Shown: positions 1-11,003 of the stretch, one piece after another
Position numbering within the stretch: the stretch's first letter is position 1
Layout: every line of letters starts with the position of its first letter
DNA from: Ramazzottius varieornatus
Taxonomy: Eukaryota; Animalia; Tardigrada
Assembly (NCBI GenBank): GCA_001949185.1
Contig: BDGG01000020.1
Coordinates: forward strand, 351,630-376,355
DNA: 24,726 nucleotides
Direction: 5' to 3'
The notes under the pieces: generated by a model
Database searches by the model: none
Seen by the model: only the letters and a program-made list of their open reading frames with translations
Told to the model about the DNA's origin: nothing
Program-made: the position numbers and the translations under genes

Positions 1-735
1 CCTGTAGATGACACGGACGTGGCCTGTTCTCCGGGATACTTGTCCGTGGCTTGTTCTTCGGGATACTTGTCCGCTTCGATCAGGATAATGGCTGTGTGCC
101 ATTGTCCTTTGCTGATTACCCAAACGTCATCGCCTAGAGCACAAACCCGCAACCAGTATCGGAAAGTAGGAGAAGAGCATTTATCCCCTAAAGGAACGTT
201 GGAAGAATTTGGAGTTGTCAAATACCCTGCGCAAGTCCATGTGTGCTCAACCATGCGCAACTTCATCTGGGCAATGAAGTACTCCACTACTCTTGGCGAG
301 GTACCTATGTTGAACTGCTTTATGAAATCTTCCAGGCGCATCACCGTATCGTCATCCAATTCCCTCTTTTTCATGTTCCTGTTAGGAGTACTCGAAGTAG
401 GGTTGATAGTCATGGTCGGCGGAGGGATGAAATCGTCTGAAGCGGCGTCGCTCGTCAACGCGTTGCCCATGGTTCTGTAAAACAAACGAGACGTCCATTC
501 CTCCATACTGAAAGAACAAACGACGACCACTTACCTTCCGGTACGATCGTAAAATGCTTCAAGCAGCAGCACAAGAGCGGAAGAAGTCCCAAGAGTTGAA
601 GATGCGATGGAGTCAACATTTGTAACGAAGAGCCAAAATTCAGAATGAGGCGATGAAGTTTTGTTGCCGTATTGCGTCACTCTGGGTACAGTCCGTACAT
701 TTACTCCCTCAGGCGTACCTCCATATTGGCGAAGC
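1..735 (-). CDS. Fragment of a spliced host gene of unknown function (runs off the window start)
   Basis: Minus-strand GTAAGT donor at 534 and TTTTACAG acceptor ending at 475 (60-nt intron) join ...YDRTGR to TMGNALTSDAASDDFIPPP... in frame; that frame stays open to base 1. More splice-like signals occur near 1712 and 1815-1855. No recognisable domain; 5' end uncertain. Confidence 0.45.
19..72. repeat. 27-nt tandem duplication (coding DKYPEEQAT/DKYPGEQAT on - strand)
   Basis: gtggcctgttctccgggatacttgtcc followed by gtggcttgttcttcgggatacttgtcc. Confidence 0.85.
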
Positions 736-853
736 AACAATACTGACTGTTAACGGTCGATCAATTAATCAACTGGAAACCAGATATCAAGCGACTCGAA
801 GTTGCGTTACGGTACCAAGTTCACAGGTTGTTAGGATACGTATGAATCACAAC

Positions 854-910
854 GAAGGCAAAGTTCAGTTTAGCATGAAGGCAAAGTTCAGTTTAGCATG
901 AAGGCAAAGT
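854..910. repeat. 23-nt tandem repeat, ~2.5 copies
   Basis: gaaggcaaagttcagtttagcat x2 plus gaaggcaaagt. Confidence 0.9.
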
Positions 911-2244
911 CGCGTGAAGGCAACGTATACCAAGCCATGGCGCACAAACAACGTTCAGAATGGCGCGAACGCAGTCTTACTGTACAGGGAGGAATGGATG
1001 GAAAGGGACAAACGGACCTCCTGGACGCGAAGATGGTCGGTCAAGTAGGGAAGGTGTGGCTAATCGGGCTGATTAGCTGCTGAAGTGGAAATATATCTTC
1101 TTCGCTGGTGATGCAATCGAAGTGCCCCGAGCAGATGTAGGACAATCTTGGATGGTCAGGCCAGGATCCTTCCGATCTGGACGGCTGAGCACGAAACAAG
1201 AAAAGGGCAACGGAAATCCCATATATTGGATAAATAATAATACTATAAACAAGCGCGCAATATTTGATAATCATAAACCGAAGCTTGAAGACTGCGCTTA
1301 AGAAACGTAGGATTCAATACTCCCTGTCTCCCAACGGCCGAGTTCGAACTCCCAAGCCGGTTTCGGCACCAATGTCACATTCCTAGCCCCGCTACAGGAC
1401 GCCACAACACGCTAGGCTAGACTTCGCTAAATCTAACCTAGCTCCGGACTTTCCCTGATCTCGAGTTACCAAATTTATTCCAAGAACGCGCCACACGAGA
1501 CCGTAGTCGACGACAGAGCTGTATTACTCCGAGCTATGCAGAACGACGACTCAATCTCCCCGACGTTCGGCGCAACGCCTGACGCTGCAAAGCTAAGCTA
1601 ACTCAATACTAAAATAAGACAGGGCTGGGCTAAACCATGGGTTCGGACAGTTAAATTAGCCTGCCACGCCCGATGCTCCTCACATGTTGAGCAGTGGAGT
1701 TTTCTCACCTTACTGCTCGCTTTTGTTTGATAGAATTCCATTGCTTGCTTCAACTTGGACAGACATCCGCTTTCGTACGCTTTGATCACTACAGCACTGT
1801 GGATATCACCTGCCTGCAAAGACAGTCGACTTCTTCCAGGCAGCGCCAGACTCACCTCGTATCAGTGTTAACAACAGTAACTTGTATCTCTTTTTGAGAA
1901 CGATCGTTTTTCTGCATGGCGCGTTACGTAAGCACATGAGTTTCAGCTCAACGTAATTATGCCCCTTGCGGAAAACAACCGGTCAGTGAAGGCGAATACT
2001 ATCGTGTATTCGTGCAATGATCACCTACCCTTGTTCACGTATTCTCCATATTCTCCCAGTCCGCAAATTAGCTGACTTCCTGCGGTCATGTCCGTAAACT
2101 TCAACGCTGTGGACTGTATCACTCATTGTTCATCCTTGGTTAACCATTACTTCTAGTCTTCTCCCTCGCTAGTTTCGCTACTAAGCGTTCTAGTAGGAGC
2201 ATAAACCAATCGCCTCCAGTATTTTTGCTGTTTAATAAGCCGTA

Positions 2245-3682
2245 CCATTGCCACAGTATTGTTGTAAAAGTGGCAAATCAATCAATCGACAATCCGGGCG
2301 GGGTCGTAAGGCGGCACAATCGAAGGCCTTGATTGGTACTTCCGGTGCAACCAGCTGTTTACCTCGTACACTTGTAACAAGTGTTTCTACGCCATTTCGC
2401 TTTCTCCAGTGATGTTTTATGTGATACCGTACTCTTTGATTGTACTTTTGTGACAGAGCTTCCAGGATGGGACGCGGAGTGCGAGTGAGCGGCGATGTGG
2501 TAAAGGCCGTGAGGAGAATGAGAGACGACAACGTTAGCTGGACAAGGATCGGGAAATATTCTGGGCACTCTTCGGCGTGGGGAATGAATCTGCTCAACCA
2601 TCGACACCTTCACGGCCACATTGCTAAGAAGAGAGGACTACCAAGAAAGCCGTCAGAGCACCTCGACGACACCATTCGTCATCTTTCTCAAAACCGCCAT
2701 GCGCGAGACTGGTCAGCAGGCAGGATCCTGAAGATAGCCCTGGACTGTGATGAAGCTGTGACTGGGAAGCGGACAAAGATTTGTGAGCGGACTGTGCAGC
2801 TTCGTCTCAAATCATGAAACGCCAGGATGGATACTCCTGTGAAGAGTCCCCTAACCTACCACCACCGTACGATGCGAGTAATCTGGGCACTCGACATACT
2901 GGACAAGCTGAAGAAAGACAAAAATTACCTGAACCACGTTGCTTTCAGCGACGAAGCAAGCGCGAAGTTCGACTGTGGCCGTCACACTGTTTAACTGTAA
3001 TATCAAGAGTCAAAGGTGTCACAGTTTAATAAATGTTACTGGCCCTGGGCCCGCCTTATTTTCAGATTCGACTTTTCCCGGGCGAGTGCAAATACAACGC
3101 CGACTTCCAGAGAAAGGTTCCACCTGGACGGTTCAGTGTCATGTGCCATGGAACAATTACTCGCGATGGTCCATTGTCCTTCTTCATTGTAGATGGCTCA
3201 ATCAACCAGTTTAGCTATTCCGTGATGTTGGCGAAGAAAGTGATACCAGAAAACAGAGCGCCGCACGGACAAGAAGCGTGTTATTTGGATGCACGATAAC
3301 GCACCATCTCACAAGGCCAAGCTGGTTCAAGCCTACCTCAAGAAGTGCCGTTTGACGGTTCTTCCTTGGCCACCGTTGTCGCCCGATATGAATCCACTAG
3401 AGAATGTTTGGAACATCATGTGGGATTACGTTGGGAAGAGGAGCCCTAACACGAAGAAAGATCTGGAGAGATGGCTGTATGAAGCATGGAATAAGCTTGT
3501 AACTCCTGAGCTTTGTAGAAAGTTGTACGGTACAATGGAAAAGCGGATTGAAGATCTTTTCGGTTTGCGAACCAAGTGGTGATTCTGAGGTAACTGAATG
3601 TTGGCCTGTAGTTTCAGTAAAATCAAGGCCGCCTTACGACCCCGCTGATTGATTTGCCACTTTTACAATACGTCGGCAATGG
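2245..3682 (+). mobile_element. Tc1/mariner DNA transposon (Tc1, DD34E), degenerate
   Basis: TIRs start CCATTGCC (2245) and end GGCAATGG (3682), with TA on both sides (2243-44, 3683-84). Shared TIR blocks: ttgtaaaagtggcaaatcaatca, gcggggtcgtaaggcggc, ccttgatt. Internal transposase remnants. Confidence 0.93.
2467..3582 (+). pseudogene. Tc1 transposase, frameshifted, with a probable intron at ~2997-3065
   Basis: N-terminal MGRGVRVS...; FSDEAS (~2944); SVMCHGTI; HDNAPSHKA...WPPLSPDMNPLENVW with exactly 34 residues between D and E. Split over several frames. Confidence 0.9.
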
Positions 3683-3806
3683 TAGAATTCGCTAATCGAC
3701 GGACCAATCCAAAGAGTGACACAATGCAGGCGCTATGTCGTAGTGTTGCTCAGTATCAAAAGACTTTTTTTCGTTTGGCTAACTAAGCAGTTACAGTCCC
3801 CGGCAA

Positions 3807-4000
3807 TAGTCATGGCAACCCCATAGTCTTCCTTTGCTTCCTTATAAATCCTGAACCCGTCAACCAATTTTCGTAATTTGAAAATCATTATGTAGAAGAT
3901 ACCTTGAAAGTTCTATCCACGTTGCAATCCGGTCGACTTTTCAATCAATAAAGTTTTGCAATAAAGGAAGCAAAGGAAGACTATGGGATGGCCATGATTG
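3807..4000. mobile_element. ~195-bp MITE with Tc1-like TIRs
   Basis: catggcaaccccatagtcttcctttgcttccttat (3811-3845) is inverted relative to ataaaggaagcaaaggaagactatgggatggccatg (3961-3996). Right end reads ...ATTG|TA; no coding capacity. Confidence 0.75.
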
Positions 4001-4296
4001 TATACAAACTTATAGGTTAAAGCGCTATTTCATTAGCAGGAATATTCAGAAAAATAATTTCACACCCGAACTTTCGATTACTGACAAAAAGTGGACTTCT
4101 GCAAGAGACTTAATCATTGATTCCGCCAAGGTTCCCCAGGTTAAAGGAGAAGCGGATCTACCGTATTGCTGTAGCATCGCCCAGCTGTGTAGAAAGTCGA
4201 TAACGGAACGTATGTCTGTAAACTAATGTAGCCGTTCGACCGACCTCCAGAACACCTCGATTATAGCACCAGGTAATAGCCACAGCACTCAATAAG

Positions 4297-5939
4297 ATGC
4301 CGTATACCCCAGGAAACGACAACGAAAAGGATGGCGAGGATAGGGAGGAAGGAGCGGATGAAGGACATCGGGAAGTAGAAGCTGAAGCTGATCCTTCTTC
4401 AAATGCCTTAGCTATCGCGGTAGCCAGTGCACTGGCCGATCCGGTTCTTAATGATGACCAGGTCTACGCTGGTGTGGTTGGTCCTTCACTTAACCCGACG
4501 ATCGCGGGGCCGATTTACGAAGCTCTTCCAGTGTATTCAGGTTATGTCCAACCGGCGTATGACCAGGCAGGATGCAGCCATGCAGGGAACCCTCAAGTGG
4601 GATACAGCCAAGAGGGATACGGTCAAGCAGCACTCTTCACTCCTGGCAATGTGGCAATGGATACTGGGCAGGCATTTCCGGCTCTCAGCCAAACGGTCCA
4701 GTTTCCAGTATTCCACCAGCCTCAAGCATACAGCGGGATGAAATACATGCAGCCAGTCTATTATTGGTCGGGAACATCGACGGTAAGTCCACCTCAAAGC
4801 ATGGTGTCAGATGCGGAAGTACATAGTCTACTTGATATGGTTCGATAGTTTCCGACGACGGACACAGCACAGTGGTCCATAGTAGGCGGATATGGATATC
4901 ACCAGAATATGGCCGTCATTCAAGGGCAAGTGGCAATACCACCATCACCACCACCCCCACCAATGATGCCAGTCGAGGCTGCAGTACCGATGGCACCGGC
5001 GGTTCCAGCTGACTCTGGAGAACAAGTGGAGGAACCGACCTATGCTGAGCCTATTGTGCTGGATGAAAACCGACGAGGTTTGCCACTGGTACCACCACGT
5101 AAGCTTCAACTTTGTACGGTTAACATGCCAGGACGACATACTGACAAGCTTGTCTCTTCTGCAGCAACACAGTACGTCATCACGGAGGTGGACAATGGAG
5201 CACCGATGGCACCCTACAGCCTCCAAATTGGTAAGTTCCCTGGCCACTAATAGCATCTACTACAGACAATTGCACTCTGTTTTACAGTATTTCACGGAGC
5301 TGCGGGGATATCGGCCACCATGGAACATGAGGATGGTGCGACTCTGGTAACCATCACCGGCAACAACGCCGACGGTAAGCTATTGCGCTTAATTTGCCAG
5401 TGAGAACCGACAAAGAACCGAGCTGACCATGATTGTCTTTCTTTTGACAGAATCAAAAGCTGTCTTCGAATTTCAGCGGGAACACTGGGAAGTGGGAACA
5501 TCGGCGGAGCTGTTGCAGCATGGCCGCGTATCTGCGTCACCGGCGTGTCATTCACCAGGTTGCTGCCGGCGTTACTTTCGCGCTGTTCAGCCATCCAGTA
5601 GAGGACACCCTGGCATTGTCCTTGTCATCCACTGAGCGCCCTCCACTGGAGGGGCGTTACAAGCGAGACATCATCATCGCTGGCCACGCCCTAAGAGAAG
5701 TGGCCATAATGATGAACAAACGCAGTAACACGGTGTTTGGACAGCCGGGCAGGGGCGGGATCGCTCCTCGAGGAGCTGCCATCATTGGAAACCTCATGCA
5801 AGATAAGCGTTTTGACCGTTACGAAGCCTGTCTGGCAATGGACAATTTCGTTGTTGATTTCGTTCGCCATAGCGAAAGAAAAATTGCGCGATCAACGTTC
5901 AACAAAATTTTCGCTCACTTTTACCAACTGGGAGTGTAA
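4297..5939 (+). pseudogene. Spliced accessory ORF1: acidic/Pro/Gln/Tyr-rich N-terminus plus a globular C-terminus (possibly distant PC4-like)
   Basis: ORFs 4297-4848 and 4909-5250 share a frame and are separated by a single TAG (4846-48). Introns 5231-5287 and 5375-5450 (GTAAG...CAG, both phase 1) keep the frame: LQI-V-FHGAAG...NNAD-E-SKAVFEF. A frameshift near 5515 leads into ORF 5520-5939. Confidence 0.6.
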
Positions 5940-7873
5940 AGTTCGATCCTTGTCGCACTTATCCTTTGATGCGCTGCCGACGGCCATTGGTAAAATTCTT
6001 GGCTCAGTCTTCGGCGAAGTTTTGGCGGAAGTTGATCCACACGATAAGGTCTGAATCAGGCTGGATAGCGCGCCCTTGAGTTACCCGATATGGACACCGC
6101 CGATCCAGCGAGACCAGGTAACGATCGATCGCCTGATGGAAGAATCCTTCAGTCGCGAGATGATACTCTCACCATCTGGGTTCACCATGCAGCTGTACCA
6201 CGTGGAGGTTGTTTTGCGGTGGAAGCAGGGGAAAGTACGCTTTTGTACGACGAGCTTCAGCGCAAACGGTGTGTTATCTCCATTCTGAATACCGACGAAA
6301 TTTGTTTGCCGCGGGCCATTGTAGTGGGGCGAGCCTTGGCCGATGGGGACAAGAAGATGGCGGCACGTCTGTACAATGTGAAGAAGCCAGACCACTTTAC
6401 CGATAAAACGGCTCAGACCAAACAGGCTCTGGAGCTTATTGACCAGGCGGACTTGCCAATGCGACGGTACGATCTTCGAGATCTGGAGGCCTTCGGCCGG
6501 GTCCTCTCCGACTACATGTTTGTTGTGATCGGAGTGAAACAGTTAAACTCTGTCATGTTTGCCACCCAGTACAGAGAGAAAAAAATCACCGCTACTCCAC
6601 AGCCAGCACTTTGATGTGCTGACTTCGCTGCCGGCGTGGTTCGACAGAAACCAGTATTGTTTTCACTGCCTGAAGGCCTTTGACAGACGCGAATCCCACC
6701 GCTGCAGCTTCACCTGCAAACAGTGCCTGCGCCGTAATTGTTCAGCACGGGATACCGTAGAGCCCGCGATACATTGTGACGACAGCAACCGCAATTTCAG
6801 TGGGAATGACTGTTTCGCCGCTCACAAAGTGGTGCCTAATGTGCAGAACGAAGCGCCGATCGGACGTAGTATCTGCCAAAAGATCTACGTCTGTCGGGAC
6901 TGTCTACGATTCATATCAACAGTCAATCGGGACCCGAGTATGGTCCACAGCTGCGGGGAAGTGTACTGTCCAGTTTGTCGCGTGTATAGTATGCCGGGTG
7001 AGCACACATGCTGCATGAAGCCCCACATCATTACAGAAAAGGAACTGCGAGAGCACCAGGAAGCGCGATTCCTTTATTTGAAACGTATCAGTCGGATGAC
7101 GGCGTATTCGTTCACAATGTGGCCGTGCTGATGGATGACCAAGATACGGTGACGGTCTTCCCTATCGACAAGAGCCACATCACCGGCGATATTATTGACG
7201 CCGTTTGCAACTTCATTTTTCAACCGGCGCATCGCGGATTTTATGTACTGGCTCACAATTTTCGGGCATTCGATGGATACTTTATCTTGAAATGGCTCAC
7301 AAAGAATGGCGTGGTGCCGGATGTAATTTTGGACGGATCAAAAATTCTCCGCCCGGACGTTAAAGAATTTGGAATAAAGTTTCGCGACACCCTTAGCTAT
7401 GTCCCGCTGTCCCTCTCCAAATGGGCTACAACGTTTCAGGTGGATCAAGCCAAGGGCTGCTTTCCCCATCGTATTATATAACAGTATCGGCGTGACCGGA
7501 GGAAAAAGAAGAACAAGTTTGATGTTAACCGCGAACTGATCAGTTACTGCGTACAAGACGTTCGGACTCTGAAAGCCTGCGCCGAATCTCTACGTCAGCA
7601 ATTCCAGGACCTATCCGGTGGACTGTATCTTTTCTTGTGCTTTGACCATCGCGGGAGTGTGTGGATACTTTTGGAGATGCCGGATGTTGAAGGGAGTGGA
7701 AGTAGAGCTGGTGCATTGACCGTCGAAACGAGCTAGCTCGGTCAAGGCTCAGAAGTAGTTGCGCATGGCGGCTAACGAAGACAATGTGCTCGACCTGGAA
7801 ACGGAAGTACACATTGGATCGTATTACGTCGATGGATTTGATAACCGCACATCGACAGTATACGAATTTTACG

Positions 7874-7931
7874 GTGAGCCGGCAGTTTCTCAGGTGAGTA
7901 AAACGGGTCTACACCCTGCTTTTTATCACAG
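7874..7931 (+). other. pPolB intron 1 (58 nt)
   Basis: GTGAGC...TTTTTATCACAG; splicing gives YEFYG-CLNHRH...SMDDLFRR, in frame with ORF 8000. Confidence 0.85.
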
Positions 7932-8180
7932 GGTGTCTCAACCACAGACACGATACGCACACTCGACCGGAAACTATTCATCCTTGGCTTAATCAGTCCA
8001 TGGATGACCTGTTTCGCCGGACCATGGCTCGAGAACGGCAGATCATCCAGCTGGGCTACCGTGTCAAGTCGATCTGGGAATGTGAGTTTGACCGGCTGAT
8101 GAAATCCGACGCAAGCCTACGGAAAGAACTGGACTTGGCCGGCATTGTGACACGCCTGGATCCGCGTGCCATTTTATACG

Positions 8181-8248
8181 GTAAGTTAGACATGGACCTT
8201 AGACATGGACATGGTCATACAGCGTCCACGACTTGTTGTTTGGTGCAG
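8181..8248 (+). other. pPolB intron 2 (68 nt)
   Basis: GTAAGT...GTGCAG; splicing rebuilds the YxGG motif LDPRAILYGGRVNA. Confidence 0.92.
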
Positions 8249-8333
8249 GTGGACGCGTCAACGCTAGCGTTTTGCATCATCGATGTCGTGCTGGAGAGGA
8301 AATCCTTTACCGAGACGTCATCTCAGAGTATCC

Positions 8334-8393
8334 GTGAGTCATTGGACGGTTCCGCAATAAGTTCTGTTCGTACGTACGTGTGCACATCCGCAG
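8334..8393 (+). other. pPolB intron 3 (60 nt)
   Basis: GTGAGT...CCGCAG; splicing rebuilds motif A YRDVISEYPFVNKTKRYPVG. Confidence 0.92.
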
Positions 8394-8777
8394 GTTCGTC
8401 AACAAGACTAAACGGTATCCAGTGGGCGAACACACTGTCATTACGCGCAACTTCCCCACTGACGTAACGGCGTACTTTGGCCTACTCAAGATAAAGATAC
8501 TACCACCGCGGAAACTGTGGATCCCCGTACTACCGTACCGTCCAGTGTTACGAGGTGTGGCATTACCGCGAGTCGAGGGAACGACTTTTCGCCGAAAACA
8601 TAGACCACTTTTCAGCCTTAAAAACACAAGCTTCTGGTTGGCCCACCGGAGTGAAAAACGGGGTGGAGAAAGAGACGTTTCTACGAGACTTCCTTCAGAC
8701 CGAAGGCGTTCAGTTAGACAGAGAAAAAAGGAGAAAAATCCTGGTATGAGAGCACTGGCCAAGCTCTGTTTGAACAG

Positions 8778-8834
8778 GTAAGGGGCAACATACACCTTCA
8801 CAGTCCATTGCTATCATGTTTATTTTTTCCCTAG
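8778..8834 (+). other. pPolB intron 4 (57 nt)
   Basis: GTAAGG...TTTTTTCCCTAG; splicing rebuilds motif B KLCLNSFxGK. Confidence 0.88.
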
Positions 8835-9038
8835 TTTCTTGGGAAAGTTGGCGATAAGTTGGAGATAATAAACCTGCTACCGTCTTCATCAAGGACCCAC
8901 ATAAATTTCACGAGTTTGTCAATTCAACTCAGTACAACGTCACATCCTTCGATCTGATTAACGATGTACTGCAGCTATCGTATACGTTGCAAGAGGAATT
9001 TGTCGAAACCAACCCGAAAACTAACGTGGTTTGGCAGC

Positions 9039-9113
9039 GTAAGTACACACGCCCAGACAGCACCACAGACTGAGAACGCGAAGACAAACAGATAAAATTG
9101 CTTTCATGCGCAG
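9039..9113 (+). other. pPolB intron 5 (75 nt)
   Basis: GTAAGT...GCGCAG; splicing rebuilds NVVxAAFTTAHARL (needs a 1-nt frameshift correction at ~9030). Confidence 0.88.
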
Positions 9114-9745
9114 GTTCACAACGGCCCATGCTCGGTTGCATCTGCTGCAGTATGTGGAGATGTGTGAAAGGCGGACCCTCTACTTTGACACTGACAGCAT
9201 CATCTATGTGTGCGGTGATAGTGATATCCCCTTGCCCACGGGAAATACTCTGGGATGTTTGACCAGTGAGCTGGAAGAAGGAGAACACATTGTGGAATTC
9301 TGTGCCACGGGCACCAAGTCTTATTCATACATTACCAACAAGGAGCACGCGGTCTGTAAAGTAAAGGGTTTTACGCTGACGCGCAGTGCTGAACAAGTCA
9401 TCAACTTCCACACCATGCGCGACCTATTGACGGTTCCCGGTCCCCAAGTTTTGCCTGTCCGCTATCCGTTTAACATTCGGCGCCTCAAGAGAGCGCTGGA
9501 GATCGATGCAGTTCCCATGGTGAAAAAGTTTAAGCCCACGTATACGGGTAAACAAGTGGCCGATACAGCGACGTGGGTCAGTACGCCTTATGGCTATGAC
9601 ATGGCTCTGTTATAGTTTACTATGGTTTCTTGTCGCATTTGCCTGCTGTTGTATTTTATCACTGGACGTAATAAAAGATGGCTGAAGAAGCGAACGCGCC
9701 AGTTCCGCAGCGGCTTGACACAGGCCGGGGTCTCCGCGCAAGCGG

Positions 9746-9848
9746 AAAATTTCAAAAATGTCTGAAAGAGCCAACGTCATTTCACCGTTTAGAGTGGAAA
9801 GTATGTTTGGCAAATACAAAATTTCAAAAATGTCTGAAAGAGCCAACG
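9746..9848. repeat. Perfect 31-nt direct repeat (9746-9776, 9818-9848) between the convergent pPolB and IAP genes
   Basis: aaaatttcaaaaatgtctgaaagagccaacg twice, 72 nt apart. Confidence 0.9.
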
Positions 9849-10378
9849 AAATGACAATAACAATGATCAAGGTTAGACCTGTAAGAAGTGCAGAGAGGAG
9901 GAGACAGACCAGGAATTCCCGCCGATGCCATGATGGAGGGCGACGGTGAGACAGAACTAGCTGGCCGGCAAAAGCATGAGCTACTTAAATGCCAGTTCCA
10001 AGTTTTAAGACAAGAAAATTTCTTTGCGGTCGCGGATCAGCTGACGGCACACAGGGCACTACGTCATGGCCGTGCCGCAGGGTCCGCAGGTGCAGACGTG
10101 TTGGCACGGCTCGAAGAAGAGCGACGACTGGAAGTCCAAGCAGATCTTGCAGCGCAGAATATTCCGCAAGGCTTCCTCATTACCGTTGGTCAACTACGCT
10201 CGATGCTCGTCGCGCATCGCTTCCTGGGTGATCATGGTCTGCTTGCGTTCTTCAATGCGTTTGAGTGTCACGTAGCTCCAGACAACATCATGCGTCGCGT
10301 CCAGGTCCAGCACATGCTCGGCATGACCATAGTCATCGGGCCAGTGCAGACGGATGCGGCGCAACAAGGCTTGCTTAC

Positions 10379-10515
10379 CTGAAAATACAAGAAAAAAAGA
10401 AAAAATGTCCATCAATTTTAACTGGTCAGTAGTGAGGAGGAGAAGGTCGTTTCTAAGAAGTGACTTTCTGCTCTGGCCCGTACTTTCAACTGGGGAAATT
10501 CCACTCAATGCTTAC
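10379..10515 (-). other. IAP intron 2 (137 nt)
   Basis: GTAAGC...long polypyrimidine tract TTTTCAG; phase 1, keeps frame LES-KQALL. Confidence 0.8.
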
Positions 10516-10716
10516 TTTCCAAACCGCGGTACAAGGTGGCTGGATGACCGCGCAGGATGGAGCAGACATCATTGACGGAACGGATGCCACGGGTGTTGAT
10601 GACGAAGGCACAGGTTGCTGCCGCCTGCACGTGTCCCACCCACGGGTCGACATCGTTGCCGCGCACCTCCACTTGGACATCGCAATAGAAACAGCGCACG
10701 ATGGCGGGGAAGCCTC

Positions 10717-11003
10717 CTGTAACAAAAGAAGTCAGGACATCAGGAGAGAGAGAAAGGCGTAATATCGATCTGCAACAAAAATAACGGCAGTCAAGGACTC
10801 GATATCCCGACAAGTAACCCAACAACGGTCCGTCGGGACCGCGTAGCGGTCGGACGGACCATTGTTGGGCCTTTTGAGAAAGGGAAAATTTTGTCAGGCA
10901 AAAGGCTGGCTTTGGCCGGCCCTTTCTCAGTCTGGTGCCGAAACTAAGCTGCTGAATTGCGCGGCCCAGGGAACGACTGAATCAAGATGATATGCGAACT
11001 TAC
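10717..11003 (-). other. IAP intron 1 (287 nt), splits the BIR domain
   Basis: GTAAGT...TTTTGTTACAG; phase 1, joins AGFYFR to RGFPAIVRC. Confidence 0.85.
10818..10869. repeat. Strong 52-nt hairpin inside IAP intron 1
   Basis: cccaacaacggtccgtc / gacggaccattgttggg (16/17 match) plus inner gaccgc/gcggtc. Confidence 0.85.

Larger units (their letters stand above)
5838..9615 (+). pseudogene. polB: Protein-primed family B DNA polymerase (pPolB) with Zn-finger region, 3'-5' exonuclease and inserted Vsr-like nuclease; 5 introns, frameshifts and internal deletions; start approximate
   Basis: NTDEICLPRAIVV; CFHC...HRC; ExoI FETYQ; ExoII AHNFRAFDGYFI; KGCFPH; ExoIII YCVQDV; VDGFD..VYEFYG|C and WECEF (Vsr-like); LYG|GRVNA; DVISEYP|FVN; KLCLN|S; A|FTTAHAR; YFDTDS; KSYSY; KVKGF. 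Confidence 0.96.

Noticed and set aside
19-480. 153-aa + strand ORF; also considered an LTR/gag remnant in 1-2200
   Set aside because: The opposite strand has an open frame with proper splice sites. No gag, PBS or LTR signature was seen.
4846-4848. Programmed stop-codon readthrough at in-frame TAGs
   Set aside because: The element also has frameshifts and deletions, so mutational decay is the simpler explanation.
7894-7931. Stronger-looking donor CAG|GTGAGT inside pPolB intron 1
   Set aside because: Would give a 38-nt intron and shift the frame; only the 7874 donor restores YEFYGC.
8307-8801. 164-aa - strand ORF and similar antisense ORFs over pPolB and the PC4 gene
   Set aside because: Shadows of coding exons with no motifs.
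9746-9848. CRISPR-like repeat-spacer-repeat (31-nt repeats, 41-nt spacer)
   Set aside because: Only two repeats, eukaryotic context and no cas genes.
9888-10382. 164-aa + strand ORF
   Set aside because: Antisense shadow of the RING-encoding exon of the IAP gene on the - strand.
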